From NCBI GenBank assembly GCA_951406725.2, contig OX597817.1:24552001-24616000 (forward strand): a stretch of 64,000 nucleotides of DNA. The letters are read 5' to 3'. Shown here one piece after another: positions 1 to 12,030 of this stretch. The notes below the pieces were generated by a model. The model was not told where the DNA came from, made no database searches, and was given only the letters and a program-made list of their open reading frames with translations. Origin of the DNA: Octopus vulgaris. Its lineage: Eukaryota. Each line of letters begins with the position of its first letter. The first letter of the stretch is position 1. The position numbers were made by a program, and so were the translations under genes.

Positions 1-160
1 ACCAAGTGTAAACTTAAAGAAGCTGACAGGCTAGAAGTGCTGCCTCACCCTGTCTGCAGTCCAGACTTTGCATCATCAAATTACCACCTTTTCAGAGCCA
101 TGACTCATTTCCTGCATCAACAGAGCTTCATCCATGTAGATGAGTCTAATTTAAAGAGAT
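1..160 (+). mobile_element. mariner transposase C-terminal fragment (decayed, cut by window edge)
   Basis: Frame 1 reads LEVLPHPVCSPDFASSNYHLFRAMTHFL, matching the mariner HPPYSPDLAPSDYHLF motif. Confidence 0.85.
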
Positions 161-816
161 GATTGATAAGTGTTACTTAATTTAATCATTAATATGGCTT
201 GGTCAATCTGTAAGTGGTTTGTGTACTATCAATGGATATGTCTCCGTTTCTAGTTTGAAAATCAGTGCTTACATCATGTTTAATATGAATTACATTAGAA
301 TCTTATCAGATGCTAAAAAAATTTCTTTTGTATTGTTTGGTGTTATCTTTTTCATTTTTGATGGAAATTATGGTTTCATTACCAAACTACTGCTTAGTAC
401 TGCTAGATGACCTTTTTTTACAGTTAAACATCCAACTGTAAAATAGGAGTCGAACATATCTTTTTGCCAGCTAAGCATACTGGAACATACAGACTTATGC
501 AAATTGCACAGTCACAACACAATTTAGACTGTTATCCAGGATATTAATTTCACTGCATTTTTATTTCATTTAGCCTTTCTACATGAAATGTTTCCTTAGG
601 TTTAAAGCATATAGACGTGATGTGCAATACACAGTTACACTGTTTAAGCATAGTATCTGCATTGAGAATTCATAGAATTTTACTTCAAATGGGCATAATT
701 CTTTTTTTCATCTTTTCCAGTTCACCAATGCTTGGTTGCCTCTTTTCCTAGATTTTTCAATTTAGATAATTTTCTCTTGTTCTTTTAGAGATATACTTTA
801 GCTTGCTGAAATGTAA

Positions 817-886
817 ATGCATACATATATTTATGTATGTATATGTATGCATATACATACATATACACATGCACACATAAATACAT

Positions 887-947
<61 letters not shown>

Positions 948-1005
948 TGTATATATAAATGTATATATATATGTATATATAAATGTATATATATATCTAT
1001 ATATG

Positions 1006-1040
<35 letters not shown>

Positions 1041-1048
1041 GTATATAT

Positions 1049-1089
<41 letters not shown>

Positions 1090-1200
1090 CATATATATAT
1101 ATATATATACATATATGCATGTATGAATGTACGCATGCATGCATACATATATGAACGCATATATGTCTATGTATGTATGTATGTAAGTATGCATGTATGT
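817..1200. repeat. compound (TA)n/(TATG)n microsatellite
   Basis: Direct reading; it explains the YI-rich ORFs on both strands. Confidence 0.95.
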
Positions 1201-2204
1201 GAAGAGAAATTTTAGAATTCGATATCTGAAAAGTTTTGCTTTCATGTTTCTGTGAGAGTGGTCAAGCTGGCCCTATAGTAGGATTATCTATTCATTTTCA
1301 AAAACCATTTCATCTGCACCATCTCTCTCTTATAGAGTAAATTCCATTATGCTGAAAATTTCCAGAGCCAAAAGTAATCAACTCCATCATGATATCTGTT
1401 CATGTAGGCATCATGTTTACTGATCAATTTGATTCGATTGTCTCTTCACGGTCATTAGATATTCTGTAGTTAAAGTTTCTATATTGTACTAAGTAGTATG
1501 TTTCTGGCACTTTCTAGTGGGAAAGCTTTGTTACAATGCATTGATAAATAACTTCATGATCAAAGCTTCTAGTTTCTTTAGCAATACCAAATCAATCGAT
1601 TTTTCCTCATTTTAATTTTTCCTGGGCATTAACATAAAGGGTTTTTTCTTTTTCAATTTTCTCAACATTCGTTTAACTTTCTTGACATGCCTTTATCATG
1701 AAAATAAGTCGAAGACTTTCGTCCTACTGTGGCATGATATTTTAATATCTTTGCATCTAAGGATATTCATTTTGAGGTCCAAATATGAAGTTCTCCAAGT
1801 GCAATTTTAAGTTACAGCCTAGAGGCCATATGATTGTATTTTACTTCAACCATATCAGTATTCTTGACATGCTTGCAGTTTTATCTGTGAAGCTATTTTT
1901 TCCCTTCATGATGATGTTTTTTACTTTAAACCAGTCATACATTTATAAAAACGTTTTTACATATTTCAACTTGATTATTGTTCTAATATGTGCAATGTCA
2001 GTATATAGATGTAAGCACAAGCTAGCAGTTATGTAGATACTCATTTACAACAAGAGAAGAACTCATTTTCCTTTTCATACATTAAAACTAGTTGGAGAAG
2101 CTGTCACTCATAAATGGTTTTCCCTGTTGGTAATTAACACTTGAAAAAAATTATTTTCCACTTGAATTTACTTTCAATTACTTTCATATGGGAACTAAAT
2201 GCAA

Positions 2205-2424
2205 CCCTTTCGTTACTGTATTTATTTTGAGATGCTCTCTGTTTCTTTCAATTATTTTAAATATAACAAAGAATTTAGTAAAATAGCTTAGTTATCATTA
2301 AGCTAGTGTTAGGAACATAAATTGTGACTAAGGTTTGGTGGAAGATTTTAATTCAAAACTTATGAAAACACGACATTTTTACTGAGAGCTAGAGCCGGTT
2401 TCAGCCAGGCTGGAAACGAAAGGG
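2205..2424. mobile_element. piggyBac-type MITE
   Basis: Terminal inverted repeats CCCTTTCGTT...AACGAAAGGG; right flank TTAA, left flank degenerate (GCAA); related to 49522-49739. Confidence 0.7.
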
Positions 2425-2524
2425 TTAATGTCTGCTTTCAAATGAGGTATATATATAAATTCTATAAGAAATTTATTAGTTTTGGCACCCATCTTTCTCA
2501 AATCCTGTAGCATCTAGTCACACA

Positions 2525-2745
2525 TACTCTTTTTTTTACTTGTTTCAGTCATTTGACTGTGGCCATGCTGGAGCACCACCTTTAGTCGAGCAAATCAACC
2601 CCAGGACTTATTCTTTATAAGCCTAGTACTTATTCTATCGGTCTCTTATGCCGAACTGCTAAGTTACGGGGACGTAAACACACCAGCATTGGTTGTCAAG
2701 CAATGATGGAGGGACAAATACAGACACACAAACGTATACACACAC

Positions 2746-2780
<35 letters not shown>

Positions 2781-2923
2781 CACGACAGGCCTCTTTCAGT
2801 TTCTGTCTACCAAATCCACTCACAAGGCTTTGGTTGGCCTGGGCAAGGTGCCATACTGTGGGACTGAACCCAGAACCATGTGGTTCATAAGCAAGCTACT
2901 TACCACACAGCCACTCCTACACC
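2525..2923 (-). mobile_element. tRNA-derived SINE family A
   Basis: A box TGGCTGTGTGG, B box GGTTCAGTCCC, internal (TA)/(TG) tract, tail ...CAGCATGGCC...GAAACAAGTAAAA; many copies in the window. Confidence 0.9.
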
Positions 2924-3246
2924 TACACATATTGAATTTTTATTCATACAGCTAAAGTATTAGCTGCTTCAAAAAACAAAACCGAGTCTAATTTTCAAAA
3001 TATACTTTACATAACTTTTACATTATATTATGATTTCCTTTTTGACTATGCTTAAAGAACAGTGAGCACTTTAAAGACAATCAACAAGTTATGGTTAACT
3101 CTCAGTGACCTATTTTTATTCTATTTTACAACCATTTTTCGCAAGTCTCCTCAGGAAGGTATGGCCATTACTAAACACATTCTATTCCTTCTGTCAATTT
3201 TAGTTAATAGCAATTTATAATTCATAGAGGGCAGCTCATTATTCTG

Positions 3247-3386
3247 TAGCTTGCTTACCAACCACATTTTTCCGGGTTCAGTCCCACTGCGTGGCATCTT
3301 GGGCAAGTGTCTTCTGCTATAGCCCCGGGCCGACCAATGCCTTGTGAGTGGATTTGGTAGACGGAAACTGAAAGAAGCCCGTCGTA

Positions 3387-3424
<38 letters not shown>

Positions 3425-3634
3425 TACGTGTTTGTGTGTCTGTGTTTGTCCCCCTAGCATTGCTTGACAACCGATGCTGGTGTGTTTACGTCCCCGTCAC
3501 TTAGTGGTTCAGCAAAAGAGACCATTAGAATAAGTACTGGGCTTACAAAAGAATAAGTCCCGGGGTCGATTTGCTCGTCTAAAGGCGGTGCTCCAGCATG
3601 GCCGCAGTCAAATGACTGAAACAAGTATAAGAGT
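3247..3634 (+). mobile_element. SINE family A (5'-clipped)
   Basis: Near-identical to other family A copies from TAGCTTGCTTACC to GAAACAAGTA. Confidence 0.9.
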
Positions 3635-4111
3635 ATATATAACCATTATGTAACTAATTAAAAACATAATTTGTAATTTTATATTATTTTTATGCTTCTC
3701 TTATAGAATGAAGTTAAGGTGGTAAATTTTGGTAAAATTGGATCTGCAAGCTAGTTTCATTTTCAGATTAGAACTGCTTTGTCTTATTACTGCTTACTAA
3801 TGCTCAAGAAAATACATGAATTAGAAAAAAATCCCATTTCTCTTCCCTCCATAAACTTGAGATTTCTTGGATATGTAAATCATTATTGTTGTTTAATGTT
3901 GTTTAAAAGAAAGAAGTGAAATGTATAAAATCTAAGATAAATTAATGTTTGTACCTAGCTGCCCCTTCTTTTACTCAATGGGCTACATTTGTAGCTTATC
4001 AGATTGATCACATGATCATGTGATCAACCAGGCTATCAGATGTCATTACACATCACTGGTCACAATGTGCTTTTGCATTGTTTTTACCTCAAATGACACC
4101 ACTCTGTTGGC

Positions 4112-4420
4112 TAAAAAGCACTATCCAAATCGTGGCCGATGCCAGCGCCGCCTCGACTGGCTTCCATGCCGGTGGCACGTAAAATGCACCAATCCGACTG
4201 TGGTCATTGCCAGCCTCGCCTGGCACTGTGCAGGTGGCACATAAAAAGCACCCACTACACTCACGGAGTGGTTGGCGTTAGGAAGGGCATCCAGCTGTAG
4301 AAACACTGCCAGATAAGACTGGAACCTGGTGCAGCCTTCTGGCTTTCCAGATCCACGGTCGAACCGTCAAACCCATGCTAGCATGGAGAACGGACGTTAA
4401 ACGATGATGATGATGATGAT
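4112..4420 (+). mobile_element. SINE-like family C with (GAT)n tail
   Basis: GGCGTTAGGAAGGGCATCCAGCTGTAGAAAC core and ...GGACGTTAAAC(GAT)n end; at least 7 copies in the window. Confidence 0.85.
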
Positions 4421-5437
4421 TTCCCCCTTATCAAAAGGGGAACCAGAGAAACATGAAATGAAGTGTTTAGCTCAAAAACACAATGTACCACCCAATCTGA
4501 GAATCAAACCCATGATCTAACGATCGCGAGGGCAACAGATTGATAAATGTAGTAAATGGAACAAAGTGATAGACAATTCCTTCCTAAGTACTTATAGATA
4601 ATAGATGTTAGCATATTAGTACTATTGAAAGAGTTTGGATTCTATTCCAGCTCAAATTATACTTAATGTTATTTGTCTTGTTGATGCAAGAGACTCATAA
4701 AACCCAGAATTATGCAGTCCATTACTCTGAAGGATGTATCATGTTCTCAGCCTTTTTACTGGCATCTGTTGTGGAATCTGCTACTAAAAGACATAAGCAG
4801 ATCAGGAACTGGTTGCCGTAATTAAAGTTGTGTGGGAAACAGAAAACCATTATTCCTAAGGAAGTTTTAATTTCTGTTATTAATGCCACATTAGCAGTCA
4901 AACTTCTAAGATGCTTTTAAAGGATCTTTTTACAATCTTAGCCACAAAGCAACTTTCCAAATTAAAGTTAATCTTTATGCTAACTTGCAGCTATCTATAT
5001 GTTCAACTTTCAAATTAACAGCTGTCACATTAAAGGCATTGAATGATATTTTTCATTAGTAATTAGGTGTTAAATTTTAAAAAAAAAAGAAAAGAAAAAA
5101 AAACCTGTTCCACCCATAAAACTCAAGAATTTGATTAAAATATTTCATGTTCATTTGTTTATCCCTGAGATATTTGCTGAGTCAAGAAAATTGTCTGCTC
5201 CAAGCAAATATGCTCTCCTCTATTAATGTCACATCATCTATTGCAGAGGACAAGACAGAAAATGTCATGTATGGTTCACTGTATCGTGTTAAGCAATCAA
5301 AACACCATTGTGTCATAGCAAAGGAAGATGTACAACATTAATTTCAGAGTAAATGCAAAAATAATATCTAAACTAAATTCTCATATTTCTCGCCTGGAAT
5401 ATATTACTTGACATTGAATTGTTTTTCATTTGGCGTA

Positions 5438-5811
5438 TACTCTTTACTCTTTTACTTGTTTCAGTCATGTGACTGTGGCCATGCTGGGGCACCTCCTTTA
5501 GTTGAGCAAATTGACCCCCAAAACTTATTCTTTGTAAGCCTAGTACTTATTCTATCAGTCTCTTTTGCCAAACCACTAAGTTACGGGTATGTAAACACAC
5601 CAGTATCGGTTGTCAAGTGATGTTGGGGGACAAATACAGACACACATACATATATATATATACGGGCTTCTTTCAGTTTCCATCTACCAAATCCACTCAC
5701 AAGCCCGAGGCTATAGTAGAAGACATTTGCCCAATATGCCATGCAGTGGGACTGAACCCAGAACAATGTGATCCGTAAGCAAGCTACTTATCACACAGCC
5801 ACTCCTACACC
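5438..5811 (-). mobile_element. SINE family A
   Basis: Matches family A over its full length. Confidence 0.9.
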
Positions 5812-6273
5812 TAGCAAAACTGTTAGTATATATTACTGAGTACTGACTCGTGCTCAAATACATACAGACATGCAGAGACACAGGCATGTATCCAGGCACA
5901 CATGCACATATGCACACAAAGAGACACATACATAAACATTTACGTATACATACGCACCCACACAAGTCCTTCCTTTTAATGGGTGAAATGAAATTCTCCA
6001 TATCTCCCAACAGGAACATTTTTGTTATTTTTACCACTAAGGGAAAATGAAAAAGTGCAGTACTATACACCTTGACTATTTACACATTGCAAAATCCAAT
6101 AAAGAAAACTCTCTGACTCATGGATTACTGAAGTAGAAAGCAATGCATGAGTTATTTCCAGATGCAAGTAATAGAATGGACTTTGCGAAAGGCACAAAAA
6201 TTGAGGTTGAAACAGTAAACAGTAAAAGTGTAAAAAAAAAGAAAAGAAATTCTGTATATAATGTTTAGCCCAG

Positions 6274-6570
6274 GTTTTTTTTTTTGTTCCTTCTCGAGCC
6301 ATGCCTGGCTCATAAGGGCCGGTTTCCTGGTTTCCTTGGTGTATAGGTTTCCCACCTGGACAGAACGCCAGTCCATCGCAGGTGAGCTGCAAGATGCAGG
6401 AGGAAAGAGTGAGAGAAAGTCAGCAGAAGTTCGCCATTACCTTCTACCAGAGCCGTGTGGAGTTTAGGTGTTTCGCTCATAAACACACACATCGCCCGGT
6501 CTGAGATTCAAACCTGTGATCCCTCGACCATGAGTCCACTGCTCTAATCCACTATGCCATGTGCCTCCAC
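6274..6570 (-). mobile_element. tRNA-derived SINE family D (tail type 1)
   Basis: tRNA-like head GTGGAGGCACATGGC...GGTTTGAATC, A-rich tail, 10-bp TSD TTTAGCCCAG (6264-6273 and 6571-6580). Confidence 0.85.
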
Positions 6571-7099
6571 TTTAGCCCAGATTAACACAAATCATGCTGA
6601 CTTATAATGAAAAGCATTTCTGCTTTAGCTATGCCATCATTTTTATTTTTAATCCATACATTGTATATCGTTATTCAAAGTGTTTATCAATTTTTAAGAT
6701 GGTTGAGTTATATTTGTAGGAGATTTGGTTGCTATTTTCTGTTGGTTTAGAGATTTAGAGGCACCTCCTCTGGTTTATCAGAAGATTGTACGAGAGATTT
6801 GTATCTAAATCTCAAGAAAGTGCAGTGTATAACTATAGAGTCTGAAATTAAACTGTGAGCAGCTTACCTTATCATGAGATGAGAGGATAACATGTTGATG
6901 TGCCCACAATTTTGAGACTTTTATTGATATATGAGAATGAAACTTCAAAAGTGTTGATTAATTGATCAAGCTACTTCAATGACTCAATCTAAGAAGCCGT
7001 AGTGTAATTAGTGTACTTAGAGAATATACTAGAAATGGGTGGGAAATTGTTACCATTTTCTGTTAAGTCATAGCGTAAAGTTCTCTACCAACTTTTCTA

Positions 7100-7497
7100 G
7101 GCTTAGCTGTGTAGTAAGAAGTTTGTTTCTTAGTCACATGGGTTGTGGGTTCAGTCCCATTACATGGCACAAGGGCAAATGTCTTCTATTATATATGTTT
7201 CTTTATTACCCACAAGGGGCTAAACATAGAGGGGACAAACAAGGACAGACAAACGGATTAAGTTGATTACATATACACCAGTGTGTAACTGGTACTTAAT
7301 TTATCGACCCCCCCCCCAAAAAAAAAAAAGGAGGAAAGGCAAAGTCGACCTTGGTGGAATTTGAACTCAGAACGTAACAGCAGATGAAATACAGCTACGC
7401 ATTTCACCTGGCGTGCTAACATATCTCTTCTATCATACCCCATGCTGACTGAAGCCTTGTGAGGAGATTAGGTAGACAGAACCTGAAAGAAGTTCAT

Positions 7498-7530
<33 letters not shown>
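7100..7530 (+). mobile_element. old SINE family A copy interrupted by a family B insertion
   Basis: Head at 7100-7193 resumes at 7426; TSD TCTTCTAT(T/C)ATA. Confidence 0.75.
7197..7420 (-). mobile_element. tRNA-derived SINE family B
   Basis: Reverse complement of the family B copy at 50974; contains GAGTTCAAAT and the CTTTGCCTTTC...GGGTCGATAAATTAAGTACCAG core. Confidence 0.85.
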
Positions 7531-7532
<2 letters not shown>

Positions 7533-7539
7533 ATGCACT

Positions 7540-7787
7540 AGGTATTAGCTATGGACACATACATAAGAGGTGCAGCAATATCAGCAAGGTTAACTGGGAA
7601 AATAGTTTTTGTGTGTGGAAGGTTCACAAGTACAATTAACAGTTAAAATGTACAGAAAATAGATTCCATCATACGTCAGTGGGGAAAACTAGAAGTAGCT
7701 GATAGCTTCTCCTACCTAGGTGACCAAGTCAGTGGGTGGGGTGGATGCTCCAAGGGCTAGCTGCTAGAATAAGAATAGGCTTGGGAA
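7540..7787 (+). mobile_element. RTE-like LINE ORF2 fragment (decayed)
   Basis: Translates to KLEVADSFSYLGDQVS...AARIRIG, typical of the region C-terminal to RT in RTE-type LINEs. Confidence 0.6.
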
Positions 7788-8014
7788 GGCAGCGAGCTGG
7801 CAGAAATGTAAGCACACCGAGCAAAATGCTTAGTGGTATTTCGTCTGCCGCTACGTTGTGAGTTCAAATTCTGCCAAGGTCAACTTTGCCTTTCATTCTT
7901 TTAGGGTCGATTAAATAAGTACCAGTTATGCATTGGGGTCGATGCAATTGACTTAATCCATTTGTCTAGCCTTGTTTGTCCCCTCTGTGTGTAGCCCCTT
8001 GTGGTCAGGAAAGA
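7788..8014 (+). mobile_element. SINE family B
   Basis: Full copy with a 20-bp TSD AATAAGAATAGGCT(T/A)GGGAA (7768-7787 and 8015-8034). Confidence 0.9.
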
Positions 8015-8034
8015 AATAAGAATAGGCTAGGGAA

Positions 8035-8238
8035 TGTGCTGTGTTTAAGAAGACCTGGTATCATGTCAACGGTTCCTTTGCTGGTGGCATGTAAAAATCC
8101 CCCACTATACTCTTGGAATGGTTGGAATTAGGAAGGGAATCCAGCTATAGAAACTTTGCCAAATCACAGTAGAACCTGGTGTCAAACTGTCCAAACCATG
8201 CTGGCATGGTAAGCTGATGTTAAACGATGATAATGATA
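8035..8238 (+). mobile_element. SINE-like family C (diverged)
   Basis: TTAGGAAGGGAATCCAGCTATAGAAAC core and GTTAAACGATGA end. Confidence 0.7.
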
Positions 8239-8435
8239 ACGTTTACTGTTTTGACATCGCAAGATAGTTGTGATGCAAGTGATGTCCTTAATTTTCAGTA
8301 TTCTGTGAAAATGTGTCTAGTCATGGGGAAATATCACCTTACTTGGTAACAAGTAAGGGTTTGTGACAGGAAGAGCATCCACAAAAAATTCACTTTAACA
8401 AAATCCTGTCTGACCATGTGAGTGTGGATAAGTAC

Positions 8436-8808
8436 GTGGAGGCGCAATGGCCCAGTGGTTAGGGCAACGGACTCGCGGTCATAGGATCGCGGTTTCGATT
8501 CCCAGACCAGGCGTTGTGAGTGTTTATTGAGCGAAAACACCTAAAAGCTCCACGAGGCTCCGGCAGGGGATGGTGGTGATCCCTGCTGTACTCTTTCACC
8601 ACAACTTTCTCTCAATCTTACTTCCTGTTTCTGTTGTACCTGTATTTCAAGGGGCCAGCCTTGTCACTCTCTGTGTCACGCTGAATATCCCCGAGAACTA
8701 CGTTAAGGGAGTGTTCAGCCACTTACACATTAATTTCTCGAGCAGGCTGTTCCGTTGATTTGGATCAACCGGAACCCTCATCGTCGTAACCGACGGAGTG
8801 CTTCCACC
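8436..8808 (+). mobile_element. tRNA-derived SINE family D (tail type 2), inserted into an older repeat tail
   Basis: A box TGGCCCAGTGG, B box GGTTTCGATTCC, TGGATAAGT duplicated on both sides; host repeat (about 8245-8860) ends in (GAT)n. Confidence 0.8.
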
Positions 8809-9002
8809 AATATATATGGATAAGTGCACATTAAAATGACAATGATGATGATGATGATGAAGCTAAAGTCCTCAGATTGAAAGACAAAATGTATATTGCA
8901 TGTTCTGACTTTTCTACCTCACTCAATTTTTAGTAACCATAATTTATGAATTTGCTGTAACCAGGAACTGAAACTGTGATTTTGCTTTCTGGTAATCCAT
9001 AC

Positions 9003-9065
9003 CTTCTCTGTAGATTTTGTAGCTCATGCCGCAAACTTTCTCTTCCAATTGACTTCCTTGTCAAA
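9003..9065 (-). other. candidate exon of an unidentified transcript
   Basis: ATTTAAAAG acceptor, AG|GTATGG donor, 63 nt, open frame LTRKSIGRESLRHELQNLQR; no homology recognised. Confidence 0.2.
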
Positions 9066-9758
9066 CTTTTAAATGTAGAATAGACTGATTTTATTTTTCC
9101 CATTTGTTTTAATGTTTAAATTTCTATAAAATTCTTTATGAGTAATCAAAGTGGAACTTAAAAATAATAAAACATAAATAAAACCCAATTTTGTTAGAAT
9201 ATGTTTCCACAATATTATTATATTACCCAAGTTATTTAAACAGATTCACCAGGGTATTTCACTTACCAGAACATAACAAAACAATTTGCCCATATATAAT
9301 TCGATAAATATAAATAAACATTAATTCTTGCTTGTTATGGAGATAATAAACAAAATCTCTTTATATTAATCTTCAGAACTCTCAGTGAGAAGTTTTATGT
9401 ATATACGTGTATATAAGTATAAGTATGTATAGGTGTGTGTGTGTTAATTTTAGTGCACCAGCAATATATTGGCTGGCCAGCTATGTATGTATGTATATAT
9501 GTATGTATGTATATATGTATGTATGTATATCTGCATGTAGGTAGATAGGTAGGTAGGTATGCTTGGATGCATCTATTTATGTATACTCACATTTCTATAT
9601 GTATGCGTGTATGCTTTATGTGTTTGTTGTTGCATGTATGCACAGTTATGTATAGTTTGATGTTTATGCTGTTAAGGTTGTGCATGTATATAAGCTGAGG
9701 TAAATGTTCACATGTGTATATGGTAACATATATCTATGAAGACTTATATACAATTTGC

Positions 9759-10023
9759 ATGTATATATATATGTATATATATTTATATATATACACACAC
9801 ACATATATAAAAACATACATATATATACATATATACATGGATATATATATATGTAAATATACATGTATATATATGTATATATATTTACACACACACACAT
9901 ATATAAAAACATACATATATATACATATATACATAGATATATATATATGTAAATATACATGTGTGTATATATATATATATATATACATTACATATATGTG
10001 TGTATACATACATATATATATAT

Positions 10024-10071
<48 letters not shown>

Positions 10072-10118
10072 TACATATATGTGTGTTTACATACATATAT
10101 ATACATATATATATACAC

Positions 10119-10181
<63 letters not shown>

Positions 10182-10185
10182 TGTG
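9759..10185. repeat. compound (TA)/(CA) microsatellite with a duplicated block of about 100 bp
   Basis: The interrupted block containing TATAAAAACATAC...GTAAATATAC occurs twice. Confidence 0.9.
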
Positions 10186-10559
10186 CATTCACTGATTGAT
10201 TTCAGTGTAAAAGACTTGATTCCCTCAGAGACTATTGCTGTGATCTCATCTACCATAATTGATTAATGTACAGGGTGGTTTCTCCTGATTTTCAAGAACA
10301 ATAAACAAACATCTATTGATTTACAAACTGAACTCTTGTAATTAATACCCAAAACCACATCTGATAGGTATCTTTATTGTTTTAAGCTTTGTTTTTCGTT
10401 TGTAAGATGTCTACAAAAAAATACATTAATAAACATACACATGAATGCACATATTTTCTCATCAGGCTTGTAGAAGTATTGAATATCTCACATAATTTTT
10501 ATTCTTGCTTTTATTTCTTTTTTTTTTATTCTTGTGTTGCTTTTTTTTTTTTGTTTTAC

Positions 10560-10696
10560 CTAATCTTGGTCATCGCATTTGAAGATCTTCAGTTCTTCAT
10601 CTATGAATGCGTAACTGCGAAGAAGAGAGGTGTGACTCAGTTGATAGTTGCAAAGGTGAATTCCCCGAGGAAGATGTTTATTTCCACGTGTAAATC
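10560..10696 (-). other. candidate exon of an unidentified transcript
   Basis: Strong acceptor TTTTCTTTTACTTTTAAATAG and donor AG|GTAAAA; 137 nt; one frame is open to a terminal TAG (FTRGNKHLPRG...KCDDQD*). Confidence 0.35.
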
Positions 10697-10814
10697 CTAT
10701 TTAAAAGTAAAAGAAAATATGTATATTCTGTGATCTAGAAACAATCTTGCTATGTATTAGGATCAAATTTTGCATGATCCCTGAGACAATTTTACATGTC
10801 AAGTGAACATTTAC

Positions 10815-10865
10815 CTGGACTGATTGTAAGTGAATTTCTTTGACAGAAATTGAAAGAAGAGTACT
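10815..10865 (-). other. candidate exon of an unidentified transcript
   Basis: CAG|GTAAAT donor, weak acceptor, 51 nt, phase-compatible with the 10560-10696 candidate across a 118-nt intron. Confidence 0.25.
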
Positions 10866-11019
10866 CTGTGTGTACATATATTTATATATACAAACTCACA
10901 CACACACACACACCCACATATATGTATATATATATATATATATATGTTGAGAGAGAGAGAGATAGATAGATAAATACATATATACATACATGTATGTAAC
11001 CACATGTGGATCATTGACA

Positions 11020-11210
11020 ATTTTTATTCTCCATCCTTTTCTCTTGGATTTTCCTCCATCTCCTGTTTTTGATGAAGTGCTTTGCTTGAAACGTAAAAAT
11101 TACCTTTCTTTCTTTCCTTGAGCATCTGCCAACAATTTGCATGTACCACGTCCTCATGCTGTTTTTTTTTTTTCTTGTTTGTTCTTCATATTTTCTGGGG
11201 ATTTACATAT
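11020..11210 (+). mobile_element. Penelope-like terminal repeat fragment (old copy)
   Basis: Diverged copy of 50087-50294, with TTGATGAAG...GAAACGT; lies between TA tracts. Confidence 0.55.
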
Positions 11211-11329
11211 GTACGTGTGTATATATATATATATATACACACACATACATCATTGTCATCACCATCATCATCTAATGTCCATTGTCAATGTTGGCATGGG
11301 TTGGATTGTTTGATCAGGGCGGTTTTTGG

Positions 11330-11590
11330 CAACGAGTATAGTATGAGTTCAGGGTACAAGTAGGAGTTCACCAAAGTTCAGTCTTCAGTCCCCACTTGTT
11401 CATCATAGACTTCCAGGCAATAACGAAGTAATATATGTCAGACCGCATATAGGAGCTCCTCTATGCTGATGATTTTGTTCTTGTAGCAGAATCACTAACA
11501 GAACTAGAGAAGATGTTTCAGGTGTGGAAGCAAGGTCTAGAATCAAAGGGCTATAGAGATAATTTAGCAAAAATCAAAATCTTAGTAAGT
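11330..11590 (+). mobile_element. RTE-like reverse transcriptase fragment (pseudogenised)
   Basis: One frame with two stops: VQVGVHQSSVFSPHLFII...ELLYADDFVLVAES...GLESKG. Confidence 0.85.
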
Positions 11591-12030
11591 ATCAGGCTAA
11601 GTGAAAAAATAAGCAATGTGTTGAAACATGAAATTCATCACAATATTTTTCAATAATGCATAAATTTTATTCATCAAAGTACCATTACAATCAACACATT
11701 TTTGGCAATAGGTTACAAGTTTATTTATGCCAGTAACATAAAAATCTGGACTTCTGGACCTGATGAACTCCTTGAATACACTTTCAGTATCAGTTTGATT
11801 TTTGAACTTTTTCTCTCTCAGGAAACCATCTAAGTGCTTGAAAAAGTGGTAGTCATTAGCAGAAAAGGTCTGGGGAATAAGTTGGGTGAGGAAGAACTTC
11901 ATAGCCAAGTTCTCTCGACTTCTGGAGCATCATTAGGAAAATGTGTGGTCAAGCATTGTCATGAAGAATGATTGGCCCTCTTCTGTTGACCAGTCTGAGA
12001 TGAAGGAGTAGCCTTTTTTCGTTCATTTTT
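11590..12030 (-). mobile_element. mariner transposon 3' fragment
   Basis: LVNRRGPIILHDNA*PH and DYHFFKHLDGFLREKKF...FYVTGINKLV...KCVDCNG; ends at TA|TCAGG. Confidence 0.85.

Noticed and set aside
785-1245. YI/HT/CV-rich ORFs here and at 9664-10266, 40848-41205, 44201-44505 and 61629-62213
   Set aside because: They are translations of dinucleotide microsatellites, open on both strands only because the repeats lack stops.
8436-8515. Possible tRNA genes at SINE heads (also 33738 and 50974)
   Set aside because: They run into multi-copy SINE bodies and lack a closing acceptor stem, so they are tRNA-derived heads only.
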